NCBI GenBank assembly: GCA_976226885.1
Contig: OZ320313.1
Coordinates: 160,456,001 to 160,520,000, forward strand
Length of the DNA: 64,000 nt
Source: Iphione sp. A-MEVVRFRX5
Taxonomy: Eukaryota
Direction of reading: 5' to 3'
The translations under genes and the position numbers were made by a program. This document shows positions 53,060-62,411 of the stretch, piece after piece. Within the stretch, counting starts at the first letter, position 1. Every line of letters begins with the position of its first letter. The notes beneath the pieces were generated by a model. It ran no database searches, was not told the DNA's origin, and saw nothing but the letters and a program-made list of their open reading frames with translations.

Positions 53060-53439
53060 GGGACCTTGGGAATGCTGCTGTCTGACTGCCCAACCTTCCA
53101 TCACAGTCTAATGGGTCTTATAACTTTAAAACCCTTGAGTCAAATAAACTCATTTTGCTACATATATATGATAATTATGTGTATGCACTCATGAAACTAG
53201 GTAATGTTTAGAGTACTGCAATTATTATTAATGTAAATTTAAGTCAGTCTCCTACAGATATTTACTCCTTTCCAAACGCATCCACAAACATACTTAGGTT
53301 GGGGTTTGTAGGTATGACAATGTAATCACACAAGTAATTAGTACTTGAGAACATGCAAGGGATCTACTTGCCCAGGTAGAACCAGTAAATTCCACTAGAT
53401 TGATTGGTTGGTTGGGGGACAGTAGACCTCACAGGTCCC
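53060..53439 (+). repeat. Dispersed repeat, copy B
   Basis: Colinear homology to 46503-46834 at both ends and, more weakly, near TGACA..ACATG in the interior. Confidence 0.85.
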
Positions 53440-54165
53440 AGTTCTTTGGTGAAGGAGTTCAGTGTTTATATGTGTCACACCATAATGGTCCAAATTTTTA
53501 AGTTTCAGATGGGTATTACTTAATTTATTGGCAGCATTAATTACTGTTTGGATTATGGGGGGTAGGTGGATGGTTATTTGTCATTGGCACCATCTTAGCT
53601 ATACGTCAGTCGTGGTAGTAGTATGTCTAACGGTCTAACGATCAAGTCCTTGGATGCCATCGGCGCTACTGTCCGCCATCATCCTTGCGATCATTGCCAC
53701 AATCTCATATCTAGTATGTGTGGATTTTAAAAGATCTAGTCCGTGTAATAGTGTCTTATCTCATTAGGTCTGTTTCTTGTAATGCTACAAAATACTGTCA
53801 CTGATTTAATGAACACGCCACTAAATATTTGGCTCACCAAATTGTGAGATTCTGTCACTGACGCAATGGAAAGGATGCACATGTTTTGATGTAGGCGTAT
53901 CTGTGCTACAAGTCAAGTGACAACGATATTTTGTCAGAGAGAGAGGTAGAACGTGTTTTTCTTAATATGGCTATTATTTGAAACAGATATTTACGAGTTA
54001 TTTTATTAGAGGTTGTCACTGCCGCAGTGGAAATAGGATACATACATGTAATATGAAGTTTTATGGGGTTTTGGATGTTTTATATGTTAGTGAAAAGGTT
54101 CATATGAGAGACTATCTTAGGGTGCCAACGTCAGTCAGCAGTTCCAAGCCCTAGGGATTCTGCCT

Positions 54166-54217
54166 GGAGAGGGAGAGGGAGAGGGGGGAGGGAGAGAAGG
54201 AGAGAGAGAGAGAGAGA
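54166..54217 (+). repeat. Polypurine (GA/GGGAGA) tract
   Basis: Read directly. Confidence 0.93.
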
Positions 54218-54798
54218 TCCAATGCAAAACCAGGGTATAGAGAAATTACTCATTTATTTCATGAAACACTGCTCCTTATGAACTAGTGTATCATGGTCAT
54301 GTGACATGAATCAGCCAATAGGAGATAAGCTTCCTGTGGGATGAGATCAGCAGTGATTGCACGGCAACTGAGCAATAGGATTGTACGACATTCCATCCCA
54401 TTGTCGCTCAGCTCCCTGTGGGATGAAAGTAGGCCGAGGCACAGTACACATATCTGTAGGGATCAAAGCTGAACTCAACTCATGACATTTGCACTACATT
54501 CAGGAAGCCTATGCCTCCACTCCAAAACGAGAGGATTGTTCCAGAGTCATACCTCCATTTATCACAGTAGCCTTCATTTAGTACTACATGTACATGTGTT
54601 TTTAATAGGAAAATGGATTTCTTGGTTAATCAAGTGAGCACCAGTATAGGTGGTGATCATGATATAAAATTTTTCTAATTCGTCATTTCATTCAACCGCA
54701 CTCAGTCCCAGCTCCCACCCTGTCCCCAAGAAATAACAACAAATAATTAAAAAACAACAATGAGCCAGACTTCCACGATGCAGCTCCAAGCTGCATAA

Positions 54799-55381
54799 AT
54801 GTCTACGCCATATTCAGCACTGTGTATGGATTTGAAAGTTATCCTGTTGGACGACTTCAATATAACTTGGCAGGTTATTGCAACATGTGAAGAGCAGATA
54901 TCAAATGTTCTTCCGTCATGCGGTGGCGTCAGTGAGGTTAATCCACGACTCCCGAGTTATCCCCAGAATAGAGGGGGCTTACTATGTACTAAAGATGAAG
55001 TCTACACGCCTGTCAGGTCCAAAAATATATGTAGACATTACTACAGGTATATGTCTTCTCCCTGAGTTGATTTGTCTTGACTCCTTCCTCCAATATCATA
55101 AAAGCCATATGTCTCTTTCCATCTATGACACTAATGGGCAAGTGAAGGGACAGAAAAAAATACCTGGGGTCTATTATGAGGGAAGGAGGACTCTTGCATT
55201 CGATTCCGCCATGCCTGACATGTATGACGTGGGTTATGCTGCTGCCATAATGAAGAGCACTCTGTCTGCCTTCAAAGCCCGTCGTGCCGACATCTGCGTG
55301 CCGTATCAACCTCCGTGCCTGGGCTTGTCATATTCATTATGGTCAGTGGTAGCTTTAAGGTATTCCACGCGTAGAACCTGA
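54799..55381 (+). mobile_element. Possible decayed non-LTR retrotransposon ORF2 fragment (APE endonuclease and linker)
   Basis: VILLDDFNI (54838-54864) resembles the hydrophobic-GDFN motif of APE-type endonucleases. An overlapping 167-codon ORF in another frame follows. Resemblance is by eye only, and no RT motif was found downstream. Confidence 0.25.
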
Positions 55382-58300
55382 CCCTAACTACCCATATCTC
55401 CTCCCTCTCCCCGCCCCCCCACTATATGGCCCCGCGCAGCATGACCTCCAAGTGCCAGCGTCAACCACCTGCGGACGGGCTCGTTTCGCTGCGGTCAGAT
55501 ACCACCATCTACCGTGCACTGCCTTCTATGTTGACCACCGCCCTCCCATCTCTTGGCACCTGGTACCCCCAGTCACTCGACTTGGTGGTGGTGGTGGTGG
55601 GGGGGGGGGAGGTCCCTCTCCACCCACGCAGCCCCCCCCGCCTCTCCCATATGCTCACGTGGACACTTGCAGTTGGCCAATGGTCGGCGTATTAAGTGAC
55701 CTTTACGATATAGACCAGTTCCATATGTTTGGCGTTCAGGACGTGGATTATCAATCAAACGCTGAGGGCCTTCGGACATTTCGTTCCGGTGGCGCCATAT
55801 ATAGGTCCCCTTCTCCGGTGCAAATGCTGCCTCACCCGTCGTAATTGGCTTCCCTTCCTCCGTCAGGAACAAGATTATTCTCCCTGGGTCCCAAGATTTG
55901 TGGCTTACTAATGCCGCCTTTCGGCAAGAATTATCAGGTGTCCTTTCTGTGCACATCAGCGCATATTATTCAGATTGCAGGTCGCCTCGTAGAAGATGCT
56001 TTGGGGGGGAAAGGCCATTCACAACCAGAAGATTACTTGATTCAATCAGGCGAACAGACTTATTTCTACCGATCCATGAACGTTTTATTTTTTTTTGTCA
56101 TTCGTCGCTCGAAAGATATCCCTGCAAAAGCTGCCTGTGAGACGACACGTGCGCGAGTTTATAGTTTGAGAAGAGTTATACATTGCCGTGAAAGTGGCAT
56201 GTTTTGAGGAAGCCGCATTTCGTGGAACGTCTCGCTCTTATGCCAGGGTCGTCGCATCATCACTGATGTGTTCACACGCAGCAGTTTGTCACTCTGGCAG
56301 TTTTCCCCTCCTGCTTATGCATATCTCCGAATCACTTTGCCTGACAGCCTGACAAACAGCGGTACGTTTTGTCAGTATAACTGATTGATTTATTCTAACA
56401 CATTAAAGCCGAGGAATTGCTGGGGTTCCCTTCCCTGCCCCTGCGATGGCTAGTGGCATGGGAAGAGCGCATGTGCACGCCTGTGCCCAGAAGCCTTCCC
56501 TGCGCCTGTTGAGAACATCCCTCAGTTCCCTGACAAACTCCCAGCCCTCATTAAGCCACAACGCCTCGCCTGTCACGGGCGGTGGGGCGGGTGCCAGGAC
56601 TCTTGTCATGTGAAGATTCTACAGTTTGTCTTTTCTGTGTGTTACTTTTTACGCTTATCCACACCCTCACCTACCCCCCGCCCACCCCTCCTACAATGCG
56701 CCCCCCCTCCCTCCCTCTCCATCCCATCCCACCGTCTCTGAGTGCTGTCAGAACCCCAAGCGGTTTTGTCTTAAGTAATAACACATTGTGATCTCTAGCT
56801 AAGATTCCCACGCCGTCTTGCAACTACACTTAATGCCAGAATAAATCCTTACCCGTTTTGTATACGCAGTTCGCCTCAAAAGTGATAGGTATCAATAAGT
56901 CTCTCCCATCACGATCGGGGGCTTCACGCAGATAAAGAGTCCCCGCGTGTCCAATAAATGATGCATTGTGAGCACCTCTGCTTGCCTTCGGTTACTTCTC
57001 AAGGACCATTTTCCGGTCGCGTTTTGCTAACAGCATGTAGGTATTTTCTATTGCAAAGTCATTTCTGTAAGAGTTCGTATCGCCCTGGATGTAATTCCTC
57101 CTGTCCCCTGTCGTCGTAGTTTTATCGGCAGTAAGAAAACCCTTTTGACACCGTCCTTCATCACTTTTTACGCTTAAAAAACATGGTACATGGTACATGG
57201 ATATTTTACCAGTGCAATATTTTGATTGGTTTTTATTATAATCATCTCTCTGTGACACGAAGGTCTTTCTTAGTGCAGGTAAATAGAAAGAAAACAAAGT
57301 GCAGTGCAATAGACGTGAAAATAGAAAAGGGGCCTCTCTCCATTATATGCCACGCTGAGCGTCTTTCATATGACCTCAACATTGAATTTCTAGTTGCCGC
57401 ATAGTGCGCACTGTGTATTTATAGCGTGTATTTAATCCCAATACATTCCGTATAAAAAAAAGACGAGAGAAGATACAATGTTCTAAAAAGATAAAGAGTG
57501 TCAAAACGTGCTGAATACAGAAGAGTATAAAACCTCAAAAATTACATTACCTGACTTGTTTTCCTCGCTGTTCCCATGAGATTATCTCGCCAGGGATTGT
57601 GTTTTTTTTCCCTTAATCAACACTGCCTATTTTTATGTTGTACGACGTGACTACCTTGTCGTAGTGGAGTCTTCTCCAGCAGCCGGCAAGACTTCTTCCA
57701 GTCCCACATTCCGGCGACCAGGCTGCCCGCCGCCGCCGCCGCCGCTTTTCCGCGCCCGGATATTAATTCCAGACATGGCGGCTGCGGGTTATTAGTGAGC
57801 GGCCAGATGTCGCCGACAACGGCCGCCATGCTCACGTATCAGTCTGAGCATGATTTATACCCGCAGTCGGCGAGCGGCTCAGCACGTGCAGCATTAATCC
57901 CACTCCTGCTCGCCTTAACCCCTTCAGCCCCCAGCCCCCACTCCCACCTCTTAGCTCTCCCCGGCCTCTGTCTAACTGCAACCTAGTCTGGCATGCTGCT
58001 GCTCTGGAGTTTAAGCAGCCCGCGCACCCATAGAGTCGGACGGGTGGAGGAGGGCGGGGGGGGGGAGGGTGGTTGTTATCCGACGGGGCTTTAGGGGCTT
58101 GTCACGGTCGGGTGACTTTACGTCCCGGAGCAGATCGGACGTGGCGGCACGCTTGTCCGCTCGTGACGGGCGGCGTCAAGTCTCGTGCGCGGGGCGAGCA
58201 GCTCACGCGTCGGCAGTTGATTGAGTTTGTCACCAAGGGCCAATGCGCCGTCGACGGTGTCGTTGATCATTATCGGCCCGGGCTCAGTTAATTAGTCGCT

Positions 58301-60792
58301 TAATAACGTGAATAATTAACTAAGATACCACCGCTTTCATCATCCGCATCAGGTGCAAGCCCCCCCCCCCCCCGTCCCCGCCGGGGCGGCGGACGTGTCC
58401 ATCAAACCCTTAGAGCAGCTCGTTGAGGAGTATGAAAGGCTGGGCGGCACCCGACGGTCAGGGAGCTCAGTTGCCCAATACCCGTGTTATCCTACATTGT
58501 GTGTTTTATCATACACGGCCGTCCTTAATCAAAGGAGGCATCTCTTGTCCTGGGTACAAATGACACAGTCTCATCCTTATGCAGGTGGCGCTTGAACTGC
58601 AGGTGTTCACAGCCAATGTATGTAACATGACGTCGTCTCATGAGTACGTTTACATAACGATATTCGTTGAAAGAGATAGATACACATGTATACGTATCGA
58701 TTTGTCATTTCGTTGTTTGCTAGCTGCTTGGGAAGGACACGTGTTCGAGAACTTCCCGAAGAAAATCGGCCCTTCCTCGTACACTCTGGTAACTATCATA
58801 ATCAGAGAACGTGTGCCGACCTGTCCTCTTGCTCTAGGCAAAAGGAGGGCTGATTGATGTTCGCCGCTAATTAGCACATCTATCATATGGACTGGATGTA
58901 TGAGAATGGCGACCGTGTGTGGGTGGTGGTAGCCAGAACCCCTTGTTTTCTTATGTAAATGCCTCCATACGACCCGAGATATGATTACCGTGTGTGTCTA
59001 TTGCTTTAATCCAGCAAGTCAGGCCAAAGGTCAGAGCCCGTAGGCTGTTAAAAACGAGTGTCCTGTGTCCTCCCCTCCCCTCCCCCCTTCCCACCCCCGA
59101 TGTGGTCAGGAAAAGCTTGCTTTGCTGCGGCGGCGGCAGGGTTTGAAGACCGAGTGGCCTCTACGACTGATGAATGAGGACAAGAAAACGTCACACCCCC
59201 GGAAGTAAGACAATGAATCAACCGTCGCATGAACGAAGTGGGCAGAACGTTGAAGGTGAAAGGCTTGGCAGTAGTTGGTTCTACCCGCCCGAGTTATCGG
59301 ATGTATCATTAAGGAGCTACACAGCTTTTACTTGTCAAATGAATGTGGCCAGTGCAATCCAGAATGGATGAAGTCCTTCAATTCTTTATCACTCGATAAA
59401 ACCCAAACGTTCGGCGCGTCAAGTTTTTTTTTCTTTCGGACAGAAGACGCTTTTTCGCTCTATGAACGCATGACCAGAGCAGTGCATATTTTGAACGCAT
59501 TTTTAGAGCCAAGCGAGAAGTATTGTTGTCGCTGTATGAATAATATCAAAGCTACTATATTCGCGAAACCAAAGAAAAGCTTTTGTTTTCTTTTGGAGAG
59601 CCCGTTGTTCATTCAATCAGTGTCCGTGTATGTCCTTTCATTTAAAAGGGTAATTAGTTGTAATATGAATACCTAGGAGCTGGCTTATTTTTTATGCATT
59701 ATTCGCTGACATACAATGCCGGTTCTGTGGGTGTGTACTTAAGGAGCACACAGTATCTATACATTCATATATTAATCAGACGGGAGGACAAGTGAAGAGG
59801 CCCGGCTGTTTGAATGCGACGCTTACTAAAACACTCAGCGAGGCTATTGTTTGGCCGTTGGTCGGTGGTTTAAACACCGAAGATCTTTCATCCAGCTTAT
59901 GGCGGGGAACATAACGTACCCTTGATCGATATCTCGAAAAGAATGGGCTCATGCAGAGAGTACGTCTCACAGTTATGAAGCGGGGAAAGAATTAAAAGGC
60001 TTTTCATGTTCGAGATATGTGGAGTTGGTACATGGAGCTGCCGATCAAATATAACGTCGCAGTTGGCAGTATCCCTGACATATATAAAAGAAGCAGAAGG
60101 AATCTGTGTACGACATTATGCTTTAAATCAGGAACATGTTAGATATATATTTGCACTCTCTGTTGGTTATAAATCCGCATTGCGTTCGTCAGCAGAATTT
60201 TTTACTTCTACTATATTAGTTTTCTGTCCGCTCAGGCTTAAAAAATCAGCCGACGTCAACTCTGCTTGCGCCTCTCAAATGACAGAGACTACGGTACAAT
60301 TTTAATCAGACATTTAGCAGCAAGACCTTTTAGTATGTGCGATTTGTAACTGTATCCTATTAGTCTTGGTACTCGGACTAAATAGAAATGAGATGCCAGT
60401 CATGTTTCCCCCCTGAATATATTGCAAACACTTTATTGCCGCTACATTGAGTTTTTTCTTACCTACGAAATTCCGTTTAATAGAGAACTCTACATCCATC
60501 AGGTCTTACGTGTCTGTGTTTGTAGTCTTGCTTAGTGTGACCCTCGTCAGGTGCCTTTCAGAAGCCCCTCCTTACGTGGCACCCTCCGCGCCAGGGGGGG
60601 GGACCCACGCCAACGGTTTCCTCCCACTAACCATGCCTTTCTTTTTTATGGTCAATAAGACCGGACTTAACCCAGTATCACAGACTGGGGCCAGTTGTGG
60701 GCCTAATTGGATGTGGGCCTTTCTACCCTGCATCTCCTCCAGCGACGGCGCTTGAATCTGAGTCTGCCCCCGCTGCTGCCTGTGATTCGGCG

Positions 60793-60806
60793 CCGCCAGA
60801 GGGCAG
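60793..60806 (+). promoter_or_regulatory. Candidate CTCF-binding motif
   Basis: CCGCCAGAGGGCAG, 1 mismatch to the core consensus. Confidence 0.4.
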
Positions 60807-61325
60807 TGCCTAACGACTGTAGAGACGCAGGAAGGGCGCTCGGCGAGCGGATCCATTGGAAAGTCCCAAATCTGACTTTCTCAACTCCCCGCCCCAATCT
60901 CCCTTGTCTCTGGCGGCGGCAGAGATAGCTTTGCCCTTCTGAGGAGTGTTGCACTAAGAAGAGTCCTACAAGAAAAAGGCCAGCGGTGCATGGCGGAGGT
61001 GTGAAACAAGTCTGAATGAGGCCCCCATACCGAGGAGAAACCAGCAGAACAACTTCTATAAACTACTCCCATCCTAGCTCAGTTCTAAGTATTGAGCCCC
61101 CCCCGCTTCTTCTCCCCCCCCCGCCTACGTCCCTCCCCTCCCCTCGTGGTTTTTCATATGTCTAATGGTGAGCTTGGTCCGAGGAGGCCGCTTAGAAGAA
61201 TTGATATCCCATTCTTCAAACGTCCACACGGTAACATTGCGGCCGGTATAGACGGCGGGTGGTGGTGGTGGGTGGAGGGGGGGGGGTTGACAGGCGATGA
61301 AGCAGGCGTTATATAAGTCGACGGC

Positions 61326-61349
61326 GCCGCCGCCGCCGCCGCCGCCGCC
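61326..61349 (+). repeat. (GCC)8 trinucleotide repeat
   Basis: Read directly; lies in a CpG-rich island. Confidence 0.96.
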
Positions 61350-61866
61350 GTCGCGCGCCCCACCTGCGCCGACACGGATCCGCTCTTAGACCATCGTCAG
61401 CGGCGCCCTCCGCACAATAGCGGCATCATCGATTACCGGCGACGCCGACGATCTACATATGAACGACCACACACCGTCATAATATATCTGGCGCGGCTGC
61501 TACTTTGGCGAGGTGCGATCGCAAAATGCTTTCGTGTTGATGTGATGAACGCACATCGCCCAGTCTGTAGACCATCTAGGTGGTATTCTGAGAAACGAGT
61601 GGGACATGGGGGTAGCCTTTGCTACTCGTGTACATAAAGCGCTTCAGCGTTGCAGATGTTGGGAGGACAAAAATGAGAGATTTATTTCCTTTTCCTTCGT
61701 GGGTGAAATATTAAGTAACATAAACGCATACGAAAGTAGTGCTTGCTCGTTCAGTGACATCCTGCTCCGATGTATTTTTCAATATACAAGCGCCTTCGGC
61801 GCTTGCACTGGTAGTTGATACAGACTTGATGAGATTCCACTACATCATTATTGAGACACACATACA

Positions 61867-62101
61867 CTCTCTCTCTCTCTTTCTCTTTCTCTCTCTCCCC
61901 CTCTCCCCTTTCTCTCCCTCTCTCTCCCTCTCTCTCTCCCTCTATCTATCTCCCTCCCTCTCGCTCCTCTCTCTCCCTCCTTCTCTCTCCCCCTCCCTCC
62001 CTCCCTCCCTCCCTCTCTCTTTATCTCCCTCCCTCTCTCTTTCCCCCCTCCCTCCCCCTCTCCCTCCCTCCCCCTCCCTCTCTCTCTTCCCCTCCATCTC
62101 T
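61867..62101 (+). repeat. Polypyrimidine CT/CCCT low-complexity tract running into a gap
   Basis: About 235 nt, almost only C and T. It explains the long overlapping ORFs between 61739 and 62399. Confidence 0.96.
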
Positions 62102-62267
62102 NNNNNNNNNNNNNNNNNNNNNNNNNNNNNNNNNNNNNNNNNNNNNNNNNNNNNNNNNNNNNNNNNNNNNNNNNNNNNNNNNNNNNNNNNNNNNNNNNNN
62201 NNNNNNNNNNNNNNNNNNNNNNNNNNNNNNNNNNNNNNNNNNNNNNNNNNNNNNNNNNNNNNNNNNN
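62102..62267. other. Assembly gap (166 N)
   Basis: Run of N. Confidence 0.99.
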
Positions 62268-62270
62268 GCT

Positions 62271-62411
62271 GCGCTGAAGTGGTCCAGTGGTTCCCATGAT
62301 GACATCATCTTTGGGAATTCCAAAACAAACCCTAAACCCTGCGCTGCAGTGGTCCAGTGGTTCCCATGATGACGTCATCTTTGGGGAATTCCAAAACAAA
62401 CCCTAAACCCT
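62271..62411 (+). repeat. 70-bp tandem repeat, 2 visible copies, abutting a gap
   Basis: Units 62271-62340 and 62341-62411 differ by 2 substitutions and 1 extra G. Each ends in AAACCCTAAACCCT. Confidence 0.95.

Noticed and set aside
59345-59410. WMKSFNSLSLDKTQ resembling the W..N.L.LN..KT motif of CR1/L2 reverse transcriptase
   Set aside because: It needs several indels to align, and there is no YADD motif upstream.
8320-61327. Twin motif TATATAAG(T)CGACGGCGC at 8320 and 61310, both in CpG islands
   Set aside because: A 17-nt match with one indel is expected many times by chance among all position pairs in 64 kb, and the flanks share no homology. Either could still be a TATA box.
61739-62399. 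ORFs of 100-186 aa
   Set aside because: Artefacts of the CT-rich tract plus the N gap. The same applies to ORFs spanning gaps at 58-586, 7029-7365, 29210-29476, 41158-41602 and 44733-45061, and to microsatellite ORFs such as 772-1296, 8913-9155, 35671-35916 and 50879-51265.
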